DNA of 43,700 nt from Planctomycetota bacterium (GTDB lineage Bacteria; Planctomycetota; JAJSAM01): positions 1 through 43,700 of the forward strand of contig JALOQY010000001.1 in NCBI GenBank assembly GCA_025459285.1, given 5' to 3'. Shown one piece after another: positions 28,541 to 37,843 of this stretch; positions within the stretch are counted from its first letter, which is position 1, and the number at the start of each line of letters is the position of its first letter. The notes under the pieces were generated by a model. The model saw only the letters and a list, made by a program, of their open reading frames with translations, ran no database searches and was not told the DNA's origin. The translations under genes and the position numbers were made by a program.

Positions 28541-28632
28541 GGTCCCATGCTGCCATGGACGGGCTAAAATAGGACAAGAACATCCGAAATATGTCGGCCG
28601 GCCGGGCGCTTCCCGCCCCGGGCGGCGTCCGA

Positions 28633-28638
28633 TACAAT
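28633..28638 (+). promoter_or_regulatory. Putative -10 box TACAAT, 8 nt before ATG 28647
   Basis: TACAAT-gcgccgca-ATG with no Shine-Dalgarno. Confidence 0.55.
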
Positions 28639-28646
28639 GCGCCGCA

Positions 28647-28943
28647 ATGTCGCCTCTCTGTCCGACTCGCGAAGAACTCCTCGTGGATTGCCGGGGTCGT
28701 CCCTATTTCCTCTGGGACTGCGAGCTGACGCTGGACGAATTCCGCGCGAAACTCCGGACGGGAGACCGTGCGCAGCGGGCCTACCTCGCCGGGAAGCTCA
28801 TGCGCCAGGCGAAGCCCGACGACGTCTTCTCCTTCGTGAGTCTCTCTGAGATCCGGGACCTCTGGCCCGACCTGGCGGGCACCCTCGGCCGCACGCGCGA
28901 CTTCTGGGAGTGGATTCTCGGCGAGTGGGGGGTGGTGTCATGA
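28647..28943 (+). CDS. Small protein, putative antitoxin of the AbiEii toxin
   Basis: 98-aa ORF MSPLCPT...RPYFLWD...FWEWILGEW with ATGA overlap into the toxin gene. Confidence 0.75.
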   Translation: MSPLCPTREELLVDCRGRPYFLWDCELTLDEFRAKLRTGDRAQRAYLAGKLMRQAKPDDVFSFVSLSEIRDLWPDLAGTLGRTRDFWEWILGEWGVVS

Positions 28944-29605
28944 CCGACTCGCGACTGACTCCCCTCCAGCAGAATGTCCTCGGGACCCTGGCCGGCATCG
29001 AACCGCCCTGGACCCTGACGGGGGGAGGCGCCCTGGCCGGCTTCCACCTGTGTCACCGCGCAACGCGGGATCTCGATCTGTTCTGGCACGCTCAGGTGAA
29101 GCTCGGTCCGTGGAGGGAGGAGTGCGCGCATCGCCTGCGCGACGCCGGATTCGAGGTCGCGATCCTGCAGAGGTTCGACACCTTCGAGAGGCTCCTCGTG
29201 TCGGACGGTGCCGATCGAGTGGTCCTGGACCTGGTCGCGGAGCCGGTGCCGGCGATCGAGCCGCCGCAGCAGGTCCCTCTCGGTGCCACCCGGATCCTGG
29301 TGGACACGCCGCACGAGATCCTCGTGAACAAGCTGTGTGCGCTTCTCGGCCGGGCCGAGCTCAGGGACCTCCACGAGCTGAGGGAACTGCTGGCCGTCGG
29401 AGGCGATCTCCCGCGGGCACTCCGCGACGCGCCACGGAAGGACGGCGGGTTCTCCCCGCTCATGCTGGCCTTCCTGCTCCGCGACATGCCCGTGGAGATG
29501 ATGGCCGCGGCGAGTGGACTCGGCGAACCGCTGGCCGGGGAACTCCTCCGCTTCCGCGACGAACTCGCGCCGCGCCTGCTCGCCGCGGCACGGCCCGGGC
29601 ACTAG
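28940..29605 (+). CDS. AbiEii/AbiGii-family nucleotidyltransferase toxin
   Basis: LTGGGAL...HRATRDLDLF NTase motif and NKLCALLGR.E.RD. Confidence 0.88.
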   Translation: MTDSRLTPLQQNVLGTLAGIEPPWTLTGGGALAGFHLCHRATRDLDLFWHAQVKLGPWREECAHRLRDAGFEVAILQRFDTFERLLVSDGADRVVLDLVAEPVPAIEPPQQVPLGATRILVDTPHEILVNKLCALLGRAELRDLHELRELLAVGGDLPRALRDAPRKDGGFSPLMLAFLLRDMPVEMMAAASGLGEPLAGELLRFRDELAPRLLAAARPGH

Positions 29606-29658
29606 CGGCCCGTCGCCGAGAGGCTTCCGCGCGCCTGAGGGCTTACGGCGACGGGCTG

Positions 29659-30351
29659 CTAGCGAACCACGGCGGGGCCCCCGGGGAGGAGGGCGGCGAA
29701 GACCTCCATCTGGGTGCTGCCGTCGGCTTCGTGCACGGAGAGGAGCGGTGAGCCGTCGCGGCGGCGCAGTTCGAAGATTCTCCCGCCGCAGTGCGGGACG
29801 GCCTCGACGTCCGCCTCCGCGAAGCCCGGGTCGCGGCCGAGGAACGGGAGGAAGCCCTGCCGAAGGGCTGCCTCCATCGCCTCGCGCGGCTGGCCGAAGC
29901 CCTCCGCGTAGCCGTCGATCTTCGAGGCGAAGAGGCGAAGGAGCGTCCCCTCGTCCCCGGCCCGGAACGCCTCCCCGAGAGCGACCGCGAAGGCCCGCAT
30001 CGACGCCTCTCCGGACACCGTCGCCGCAGCGAGCACCTTCGCGAGGGGCGCGATCTCCGAGTCGAACCGCCACTCCCGGTTATCTCCCGAGGGCAGCGCG
30101 AGCGGCCCGCCGCCGGCCTCCACCACCGTCCCCCGCCTCGACACGGTGATCCGGCCCGAGAGGCTCGCGCCGGGGCCGCGGTCCTTCACGGCGACCTTCA
30201 GGACGTTCCCCGCGCCGATGAGCAGCGGGTTGAGGGGCATGCCGCCCCCGGCCTGCTCCGGCCCGCGGTGGCGGAAGACCGGAAAACCGTTCAGGGCGAC
30301 CGTGACGTCGCAGTCCGCCGCGCTGATCCCGAGTTGGAAGATGTCCGCCAT
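29659..30351 (-). CDS. Hypothetical protein
   Basis: GGAGG RBS and upstream TACCAT. Coding-like codon usage. No family recognised. Confidence 0.7.
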   Translation of the reverse strand: MADIFQLGISAADCDVTVALNGFPVFRHRGPEQAGGGMPLNPLLIGAGNVLKVAVKDRGPGASLSGRITVSRRGTVVEAGGGPLALPSGDNREWRFDSEIAPLAKVLAAATVSGEASMRAFAVALGEAFRAGDEGTLLRLFASKIDGYAEGFGQPREAMEAALRQGFLPFLGRDPGFAEADVEAVPHCGGRIFELRRRDGSPLLSVHEADGSTQMEVFAALLPGGPAVVR

Positions 30352-30384
30352 CGTCTTGTCCTCCGGAGGTCTCCGGTCATGGTA

Positions 30385-31818
30385 CTACGCCCCTCGCCGA
30401 TCTCCGCGCCGTCTCGAAAGGAGGAGGGTCGCGGGGAGCACCACGAGAAGGAAGGCCCCGGCCGTCCAGAGCAGGCCGAGCCACAGGCTCGCCGGCGACC
30501 AGGTCCTCGTCCGGAGCGAGCACTCCCCCGTGACCGGCAGCACGTAGACCGTGCCGCTGTAAGAACCGAGGACGAGAGCCTCGTCCCCCGCGGCCTCGAC
30601 CACCGCCGGCGAGCCCCACTGGACGTCTCCCTTGGCGACCTTGTCCCAGATCGGCGTGCCGGTGAAGTACGAGGTGAGGACCTCCCCGGTCGAGGCGTCG
30701 AGGACGTAGGCGTGGTTGTCGAGGCAGGCCACGGCGAGGGCTGGACGGCCGCCCCGGGAGAAGAACGCCGGGGCGGCGAAGACTTCACCGCCGAGTGCCC
30801 GCGTGAAGAGCGGCTCCCCGGATCCGGCGTCGAAAGCATGGACCTTGTAGTCGTGGGAGCCGGCGTAGACCACGGTCCGTCCGCCGATCTCCCCCGCGCA
30901 GACCGTGTTGTCGATCCAGTTCCCGGCCATCCGCTTCCAGACTTCCCCGCCGGTCCGGGCGTCGAGGGCCACCAGGTTGCCGTACTTCGAGCCCAGGAAG
31001 AGGAGTTCCCGGCCGCCCGCGGCCGCGAGGCACGGGGCGCCGAGCACCTCGTGGGGCATCTGGTAGCGCCAGCGGATGGACGGCCTTCGCTCCGTCACGT
31101 CGACGCAGGAGAGGAGCCCCTTCTGCGCCGCCGCGAAGACGAGAGAGCGGCCGTCGATGACCCTGCCGGCCGGCGAGCCCACGGGTCCCTGGCTCACCTC
31201 CACCTCGAAGCGGCGGATCCCCGTCTCCGCCGCGAGGCCGTAGAGGCGGCCGGTCTGGCGGCTGCGGGGCAGCGCCTTGTCGTGGGTGAAGCCCGAAACC
31301 ACGAGCAGGTCGCCGATGAGGAGCGGCGAGGAGAACCGGGAGTCGCCGAGCGTGGTCGTGGGGGCGACGAGTTCCCGGCTCCAGAGCCGCGTCCCGTCGC
31401 GCGCGAGACAGGCGTAGACCGAGCGGTCCGCCGATGAGAAGTAGACGATCGGTTCGTCCCGGACGAGGCCCACCACCGGCGCGTCGAGGATCGGACCGTT
31501 CGTCATCCGCGACCAGCGGCGCTCCTTCGCCGCGAGGTCGAGGGCGGTGAGCGCGTGGTCGCAGCCGCCGAGGAAGGCGAGCGGCGTGCCGTCCACGACC
31601 GCGAGCGCCGGGGAGGTCCAGACGGGCACGCCCGGGCGGTACTTCCGGTCGGTGAGGCGCGCGTAGTGCCACTCCGGGAGCGGGGCGCCGCCGGGACAGC
31701 CGAGGGCCGCGCGCGCCGAGGCCTCCCGCCGGACCATGGGCCAGGGCGGTTCGGCGAGGGCGGCGACCGCCGCCGCGAGGAGAAGGGCTGCGCCGGCGAG
31801 CGCGGCGAGGCCCCTCAT
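30385..31818 (-). CDS. PQQ-like beta-propeller repeat protein, signal peptide plus C-terminal TM anchor
   Basis: WPMVR start. Repeats such as GSKYGNLVALDARTGGEVW and GSHDYKVHAFDAGSGE. ATGA overlap with the upstream stop; alternative start 31863. Confidence 0.85.
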   Translation of the reverse strand: MRGLAALAGAALLLAAAVAALAEPPWPMVRREASARAALGCPGGAPLPEWHYARLTDRKYRPGVPVWTSPALAVVDGTPLAFLGGCDHALTALDLAAKERRWSRMTNGPILDAPVVGLVRDEPIVYFSSADRSVYACLARDGTRLWSRELVAPTTTLGDSRFSSPLLIGDLLVVSGFTHDKALPRSRQTGRLYGLAAETGIRRFEVEVSQGPVGSPAGRVIDGRSLVFAAAQKGLLSCVDVTERRPSIRWRYQMPHEVLGAPCLAAAGGRELLFLGSKYGNLVALDARTGGEVWKRMAGNWIDNTVCAGEIGGRTVVYAGSHDYKVHAFDAGSGEPLFTRALGGEVFAAPAFFSRGGRPALAVACLDNHAYVLDASTGEVLTSYFTGTPIWDKVAKGDVQWGSPAVVEAAGDEALVLGSYSGTVYVLPVTGECSLRTRTWSPASLWLGLLWTAGAFLLVVLPATLLLSRRRGDRRGA

Positions 31819-32912
31819 CGGGACGACCCGGCGGCGGGCCGGGGAGCGGGAGCCCGCCCGCATCGCTTCCAGTCGTCCACGATCCGGATCGCCTTCGTGG
31901 GGCAGTGGTCCACGCACTTGAGGCAGAGGTGGCACTCGTGGGGATCGACCGCGCCGTTGTCGATCGCGTCCACCGCGCAGCCCTCGGTGCAGGCGCCGCA
32001 GGCGTTGCACTTCGCGGGGTCGGTCACGAGGCTCCGGACGCTGTGGCGGGAGGCCCAGGCGATCGCCTCCCGCCACGGGCAGAGGTAGCGGCACCAGATC
32101 ATGGGCACGGCGAGGGCGGCGAGGATCACCATGACCGTGGCGAGGAGCGACGCCGGGTCATAGACCTTGCTGAAGCCGAAGTGCACCGGGGAGGTGATCC
32201 GCAGGCCGACAATCGCCGCGAGCAGGATGATCGCGAAGGAGAGGACCCGCAGGCGCCGGAGCTTCCCGTCCCACCGTTTCATCCCGAAGAGCAGGACGAG
32301 GAGGATGAGGACGAGCACCTCGGACCAGTAGATGCTCGCGTCCTCCACGAAGAAGATCCGCGTCTTCGCGAGGTAGGCCATCCACAGGAGGAAGACGCCG
32401 GCGATGGCGAGGGTGAGGAGCGCCGCCCCGCGGGAGAACCGCCAACCTCCCCGCTTGCGGCGCGCGGTCCAGCGCCGGGTGAGCATCCCGGTGAACTCCT
32501 GGAGCGCGCCGGTGGGGCAGATCCAGCCGCAGAAGCTCGGGCCGAAAAGGAGGGAGGTCACGAGGACGGTCACCGGCACCGAGCAGTAGTAGAGCGCCAC
32601 GATGTTCTCGCGGCCGATCTCCGAGAGGCCCCGGAAGAGGTTCCGCACCATCCCGAACACGCCGAGACAGGTGAAGACGACGAAGATGAAGATGACGATG
32701 CCGAAGACCTGGTTCAGGTGGCGGAAGAGTTGCCGTCGGCGCTCGGGGACCACGACGGGGACGATGGCGAGGAGGCCGAGGGCGAGGATCGTCAGCAGCT
32801 CGACGTAGCTGCCCTCGAGCCCCATGAGGGCCTTGTCCACGAGCTTCAGGTTGGCGGAGACGCCCTCGAAGACCTCCTCGAGGGCGGCGAAGAACCCGGA
32901 CTTCTCGGGCAT
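31815..32912 (-). CDS. Membrane-bound 4Fe-4S polyferredoxin (NapH/MauN/YccM-like)
   Basis: Two CxxxCP motifs (FCGWICP, WCRYLCP), two ferredoxin motifs (CNACGACTEGC, CHLCLKCVDHCP), several TM helices. Confidence 0.9.
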   Translation of the reverse strand: MPEKSGFFAALEEVFEGVSANLKLVDKALMGLEGSYVELLTILALGLLAIVPVVVPERRRQLFRHLNQVFGIVIFIFVVFTCLGVFGMVRNLFRGLSEIGRENIVALYYCSVPVTVLVTSLLFGPSFCGWICPTGALQEFTGMLTRRWTARRKRGGWRFSRGAALLTLAIAGVFLLWMAYLAKTRIFFVEDASIYWSEVLVLILLVLLFGMKRWDGKLRRLRVLSFAIILLAAIVGLRITSPVHFGFSKVYDPASLLATVMVILAALAVPMIWCRYLCPWREAIAWASRHSVRSLVTDPAKCNACGACTEGCAVDAIDNGAVDPHECHLCLKCVDHCPTKAIRIVDDWKRCGRAPAPRPAAGSSR

Positions 32913-33083
32913 GGGGTCACCGGCGGATGGCGGAACCGGAATCAGGATACGCCACGGGCCGAGGAAATGCCGGTCTCGCCGCTCGTCCGCCCGCGCGTCG
33001 GGACCGTGTCGGCCTTCGGCGGTTCCCGGTAATAGGATCGCGTGGAGCGGCGCCACCGCCTCCCGGCAGCTGCGGCCCGGTGG

Positions 33084-34055
33084 TCAGGCCCGGTGCCGGA
33101 AGAGCGGCTCGACGCCTTCGAGGCGGGCGAGGAGGGCCTGGCGCTCCCTGGCGGTGAGAGGCCGATGGCGGGCGGCGAGCTCCACCGCCAGGCGGAAGAG
33201 CCGCGCGTCCCCCGGGGGTATCGTGGAGGCGACCGGCAGGTCGAGGGCGTAGCGCAGAAGCAGGCCGGCAAGTTCCGGGTCGTCGGCGGGGCGGTACCAG
33301 CACTTCGGGTACGTCCGCTCCTCGCCCTCCTTCCACTTCGTCCACGCCAGCGCCTTGAGTCCGAGGAGGGTGGTGCCGGTCTCCTTCGCCTTGTCCACGA
33401 CCGTCGGGCCGAACTTTCCGTTCTCCACGCAGACCGCGTTCAGGGGGACGAGGACGCTGTCGAAGCGGAACCGGGAGAGCGCGTCCACCGCGAGGTCCGC
33501 GTCGTGGGCCGAGAAGCCGAGCCAGCGGACGAGCCCCTCCTCCCGCGCCGAAACGAGGGTCTCCAGCGCGCCGCCGGGGCCGAAAGCCGTCTCCACGTCC
33601 TCCTTCTTCGCGAGGCCGTGGAGCTGGTAGAGGTCGAAGTGGTCGGTCTTCAGCAGTTCGAGGGAGCGCGTGAGTTCCGCGCGCGCCCCGGCGGCGTCGC
33701 GCTTCGCGGTCTTGCACGCGAGGAAGACCTTCTTGCGGTGCGGGGCGAGCGCCGGTCCCAGCCGCTCCTCGGCGTTCCCGTAGGAGGGGGCGACGTCGAA
33801 GTAGTTTACGCCGCGGTCCACGGCCCAGGCGACGACCTCGGCGGCCTCCTGCGGCTCGATGCCGCTCACCACGATCCCGCCGAATCCGATGACGGACAGC
33901 TCCGGCCCCTGCGCGCCGTAGCGGCGCCGGGGAAGGGGGGCGGGAGCCGGTGGAGGCGCCGCCGTGGGCGGGTCTTCCGCCGCCAGGCCGGCGCGCGCCG
34001 CCACCGCTCCGGCTCCCGCCGCCGCCACGAGTTTCAGGAACTCCCTCCGATCCAT
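33084..34055 (-). CDS. Aldo/keto reductase with Tat signal peptide
   Basis: MDRREFLK twin-arginine motif. Tetrad D (FDVA), Y (SYG), K (ACKT), H (QLHG). GGAGG RBS, TACAAT at 34074-34079. Confidence 0.92.
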   Translation of the reverse strand: MDRREFLKLVAAAGAGAVAARAGLAAEDPPTAAPPPAPAPLPRRRYGAQGPELSVIGFGGIVVSGIEPQEAAEVVAWAVDRGVNYFDVAPSYGNAEERLGPALAPHRKKVFLACKTAKRDAAGARAELTRSLELLKTDHFDLYQLHGLAKKEDVETAFGPGGALETLVSAREEGLVRWLGFSAHDADLAVDALSRFRFDSVLVPLNAVCVENGKFGPTVVDKAKETGTTLLGLKALAWTKWKEGEERTYPKCWYRPADDPELAGLLLRYALDLPVASTIPPGDARLFRLAVELAARHRPLTARERQALLARLEGVEPLFRHRA

Positions 34056-34171
34056 GCCGCACCTCCGATGGCCATTGTATCGGGGCGGGGGAGCGGGTCC
34101 CGTATCGGTGACCGATCCTGCTCCTGACTCGTGTCACGTGACGCGGGACATCGGATCCCGCGCCGGCTTCG

Positions 34172-36760
34172 TCAGCGACGGAAGAGGACCTCGGTTTCCT
34201 CGCCGGAGCGGACCGTGACGGGCAGGGAGTTGCCGTAGTGCTTGCCGGACCACGTGCGGAGATCGAAGGTGCCCGGCGGGATGCCGTCGAGGAGGAACGA
34301 GCCGTCCGCGGCCACCGGGGTCCAGAGGTCGAGGATCGCGATGCCGATCAGGAGCGACTCGGAGGCGGCCGGTGGCTCCACGCTGCCCCGGATCGTGCCG
34401 CCGGGCTGCGCGATGAGCATGCCGAGATCGAGCGTCTCCCCGGCCTTCACGGTCTGTACCCCGAGGTCGCGGACCGCGAACCCCCCGACGACGAGGCGCA
34501 TCCGGTAGCGGCCGGCGGGAACGTCCCGCACGGTGAAGTCCCGTCCGTCGAACTCGGCGGGCACCCGCGACCAGGAGCCGGGTCGGGCCGGAGGCCCGTC
34601 TTGCCCGGCGAGGAGCAGCGCGACGCCGCCGAGGCGGGGAGGCATGAACAGGCGTCCGGTGATCCCCGGAGAGAGCGCGGCGAGCGCGAAGTCCGCTTGC
34701 TCCTCCAACGGTTCGAGGCGGACCTGCCGGCCAGCCCTGCCGTAGCCCACCGCGCTCACCGTGACGTGGCAGCCTTCCTCCCCGGTCGCTGGCCCGCGCT
34801 GGGACCAGGTGCCGTCCGGGCCGGTCCTCGTCTCGTAGACGGCCGCGCCGCCGAAGTCGACACGCACGCGCGCGCCGGGGATCGGTTCCCCGGCCTCGTC
34901 GGCGATCCGGCCGCGCACCTCGACGCCGGCGCGGGAGAGGACGAGGTCGGGAAGGTCGAGCCGCTCCTCCGCGGGCAGTGCGACCAGGACCGCCCGGGTG
35001 GGGGCGTAGCCGAGGGCGAAGGCCACGACGGAGGCCGTCCCGGCCGGGAGCCTCGCGGCCTCGAACCGCCCGTCGGCACCGGCCTCGAATGGTCGCCCGC
35101 CGATCAGTACCACCGCCCCCGGCACCGGCCGTGCCTGGTCGTCGATCATCCGGCCGCGCACCGAGGCCGTGCCCTCGACGCCGGTGCGCAGGACGATGCG
35201 GCCGGTCTCCGGGCCTCCGGCCCACGTGGCGGCCTCGGCGAGGATGACTCCCGACCTCGGGTCGATCACGCAGAAGGCCATGCGACCCAGGGGCGGCAGG
35301 CCTTCGAACGAGAAACTCCCGTTCGCTCCCGTGGGCGCCTCGCGCCGGAGGTCCGGCGGGCGGGGCGGTCGGTCCTCCGGCACCGTGCCGACATGGAGCG
35401 AAAGGAGGACGCGCGCCCCGGCCACCGGCCGATCGTCGGGCGCCCGGAGGACGACGCCGGAGACGGTCCGCTCGGGCAGGACCGTGAGGTCGTGGCGGGT
35501 CGTCGTCTTGTCCCCGACGGCCAGGAGTCTCGAGGTTGGTGGACGGCCTTCCACGCCGAGGAGCCAGGGCACGCGCGACCCCGGCCGGCGCGCCTCCGCG
35601 TACCAGATGCCCGGGGACAGCCACACCTCGTAGTCGCCCTTGGGCTCGGCGGAGATTCGGAGGGCCCCGCCGTCTTCGGACAACGGATCCGCATCGAGGG
35701 TCCGGACTCGGAAGAAGGCGACCTCGGCCCGGCCCACGCGCACCGGTTCCGGTGAGCCGTCGAGGACGAACCCCTCTACCCGCGCGCGTCTGGTGGCGGT
35801 CAGGGTGAGCTCCGGTGGCGCGCGGCCGGCCTCGACGGCGAACTCCCCGGGGGTGAACGCTTGTCCGGCGGCACTCCCGCCGATGCGGTAGCGGCCGCGC
35901 ACCAGGCCGCGCAGGATGAAGCGTCCGCCCCCGGTCAGTTCCACCTCGCAGGGCGGATCCGTCCGGATGGCGAGCCCGTCCCCCTTCGGCGCCCGGCCCG
36001 TGACCTCGATCGTGTCGAGGAGGCGGACGTCGATCCCGTCGACGGGGCAGGCCACGGCGGGGACGACGATCGTCTCCCGGCGCTCGGCGCGGACCTCCAG
36101 ATCGGTGAGGCCGGCGGGCAGGGACGACAGGCGGAAGACACCCGCGGCGTCGGTGCGGGCCTCGATCCGCTCGAGGGCCTCGCTCGAAAATCGCCCGAGC
36201 ATCGCCTCGTAGTAGGGTCGCAGCACGCCGCCCACGTCGGCGGTCACGACGGCGCCGGCCACGGGGGCGCCGTCCTCGCCGACCACCCGGCCCGAGACCG
36301 CGCCGCTCTCCATGAGCCGGATCACGCAGCAGACCGGCTCCCCGCCGATCCGCACGGCGGGCACGAAGCCCCGGGCATCCCCGGCCCGGGCGTCGAGGAG
36401 ATACGCCCCGGGCGCGAGTTCCCGGAAGGTGAAGCGGCCATCGGGACCGGCGGTGGCCCGGGGTGCGGGCGGGCCGTCCGGCCGGGGCCAGAGGTCTTCT
36501 CCGAGGAGGATCGCGCGGACCTCGGCTCCCGGCGCGGGCTCTCCAGCGAACGTGTGTACGACCCCGGACAGCGGCGCGGCCGAAGGCGGTGTGGCGGGGA
36601 GGGGCGGGTTCTCCGCCTCGGCTTCCCGCGCGGGGACCGTGGCCCGGCCGGCGGCCGAAGAGTCTCTTCCGGGTGTTCCCGAGGTGGCGACAAGCCAGAC
36701 GATCCCACCGAGCCCGGCAACGAAGACGACGAGGAGGAAGACCCGCCTTTCAAGCCCCAT
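34172..36760 (-). CDS. Carboxypeptidase-regulatory-like (beta-sandwich) repeat protein, N-terminal TM anchor
   Basis: About 8 repeats of xSGxVxxxxGxPxxGAxV...TxxDGxFxxxxLxxGxY. Confidence 0.85.
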   Translation of the reverse strand: MGLERRVFLLVVFVAGLGGIVWLVATSGTPGRDSSAAGRATVPAREAEAENPPLPATPPSAAPLSGVVHTFAGEPAPGAEVRAILLGEDLWPRPDGPPAPRATAGPDGRFTFRELAPGAYLLDARAGDARGFVPAVRIGGEPVCCVIRLMESGAVSGRVVGEDGAPVAGAVVTADVGGVLRPYYEAMLGRFSSEALERIEARTDAAGVFRLSSLPAGLTDLEVRAERRETIVVPAVACPVDGIDVRLLDTIEVTGRAPKGDGLAIRTDPPCEVELTGGGRFILRGLVRGRYRIGGSAAGQAFTPGEFAVEAGRAPPELTLTATRRARVEGFVLDGSPEPVRVGRAEVAFFRVRTLDADPLSEDGGALRISAEPKGDYEVWLSPGIWYAEARRPGSRVPWLLGVEGRPPTSRLLAVGDKTTTRHDLTVLPERTVSGVVLRAPDDRPVAGARVLLSLHVGTVPEDRPPRPPDLRREAPTGANGSFSFEGLPPLGRMAFCVIDPRSGVILAEAATWAGGPETGRIVLRTGVEGTASVRGRMIDDQARPVPGAVVLIGGRPFEAGADGRFEAARLPAGTASVVAFALGYAPTRAVLVALPAEERLDLPDLVLSRAGVEVRGRIADEAGEPIPGARVRVDFGGAAVYETRTGPDGTWSQRGPATGEEGCHVTVSAVGYGRAGRQVRLEPLEEQADFALAALSPGITGRLFMPPRLGGVALLLAGQDGPPARPGSWSRVPAEFDGRDFTVRDVPAGRYRMRLVVGGFAVRDLGVQTVKAGETLDLGMLIAQPGGTIRGSVEPPAASESLLIGIAILDLWTPVAADGSFLLDGIPPGTFDLRTWSGKHYGNSLPVTVRSGEETEVLFRR

Positions 36761-36800
36761 GAGAATCTCTGACGCCCCCCGCCCCCCGTACTTCCATACA

Positions 36801-36883
36801 GGGGACGTACGTACCTAATCACCTTTTTCGACAGCCGGTGAGCCGGGGGAAGGCCAAAAAGGTGAAAAGGTACGTACGTCCCC
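36801..36883. repeat. 28-bp inverted repeat (26/28) with 27-bp spacer; REP/MITE-like element or hairpin
   Basis: Left arm ggggacgtacgtacctaatcaccttttt (36801-36828), right arm aaaaaggtgaaaaggtacgtacgtcccc (36856-36883). Confidence 0.85.
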
Positions 36884-37843
36884 CAGGGGGTGAGGGGGGG
36901 CGCGGCGGTGGAGGGGGAGGGGGGAGCCGTGGGCGAGGCCGCGGATCGCGGCGGGGGGGACGCGGGCGAGGAGGACGGTGCCGTCGGGAAGGCGCACCCG
37001 GAGTTCGGCAAAGGCGCCGCGATCGGTGACCGCGGTGAGCGTCCCGGCGTAGTGCGCCTCCTCCCCGGGCGCCGCGGGGACGAGGTCCTCCGGGCGCACG
37101 TAGACGAGGTTCCCCTCCGTGCCGAGCACGTTCCCGCCTCCGAGGAACTCGGCCACGAAGCGGTTCGCGGGGCGGCGGAAGACCTCCTCGATCGGGCCGT
37201 CCTGCATGAGCCTCCCACCGTCCATCACCGCGCAGCGGCCGGCCAGGAGCCAGGCTTCCTCGCGATCGTGGGTCACATGGATCGTGGCGGTCCGCGTGCT
37301 CTCCCACGCCTCGCGGAGCGCCTCGGCCATCGAATCGCGCGCCCGCCCGTCGAGACCGGCGAGCGGTTCGTCGAGGAGGAGGAGCGAGGGCCGGAGCACG
37401 AGGCTTCGCGCCAGCGCTACCCGCTTCGCCTCGCCCCCGGAGAGGCCGGCCGTCCGCCGGCGCGCGAGCGGGGCGATCCCGAGGAGTTCGAGGACCCCGG
37501 CGACGCGCGCCGCCCGCTCTCCCGCCGGGAGCCCGATCGACCGCAGGCCGAAGGCCACGTTGCCGGCGACGTCGAGGTGCGGGAAGAGCGTCGCGGCCTG
37601 CGGTACGTACCCCACGTCACGCCGCTCCGGCGGCAGGTCCGAGACGTCGCGGCCCTGAAGCCGGATCCGGCCCTCGTCGGGCGCCGCGAGCCCGCAGAGG
37701 CATCGCAGCAGCGTCGTCTTTCCGCCGCCGCTCGGCCCGAGGAGCACGAGGCGCTCTCCAGGCCCTAGCGCGAGCGAAACCGGACCGAGGACGAAGCCGC
37801 CGCGGGCGAGCGTGAGGCCCTCGATGGAGAGGAGCGTGTTCAT
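36815..37843 (-). CDS. ABC transporter ATP-binding protein (WtpC/ModC/PotA-like, TOBE C-terminus)
   Basis: GPSGGGKT, LSGGE, LLLDEP and HVTHD motifs. ATGA overlap with the permease. Confidence 0.92.
   Translation of the reverse strand: MNTLLSIEGLTLARGGFVLGPVSLALGPGERLVLLGPSGGGKTTLLRCLCGLAAPDEGRIRLQGRDVSDLPPERRDVGYVPQAATLFPHLDVAGNVAFGLRSIGLPAGERAARVAGVLELLGIAPLARRRTAGLSGGEAKRVALARSLVLRPSLLLLDEPLAGLDGRARDSMAEALREAWESTRTATIHVTHDREEAWLLAGRCAVMDGGRLMQDGPIEEVFRRPANRFVAEFLGGGNVLGTEGNLVYVRPEDLVPAAPGEEAHYAGTLTAVTDRGAFAELRVRLPDGTVLLARVPPAAIRGLAHGSPLPLHRRAPPHPLGDVRTFSPFWPSPGSPAVEKGD

Noticed and set aside
32913-33083. Possible Moco/tungsten or other riboswitch in the intergenic region
   Set aside because: No recognisable conserved riboswitch elements by eye. 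An Infernal/Rfam scan would be needed to exclude one.
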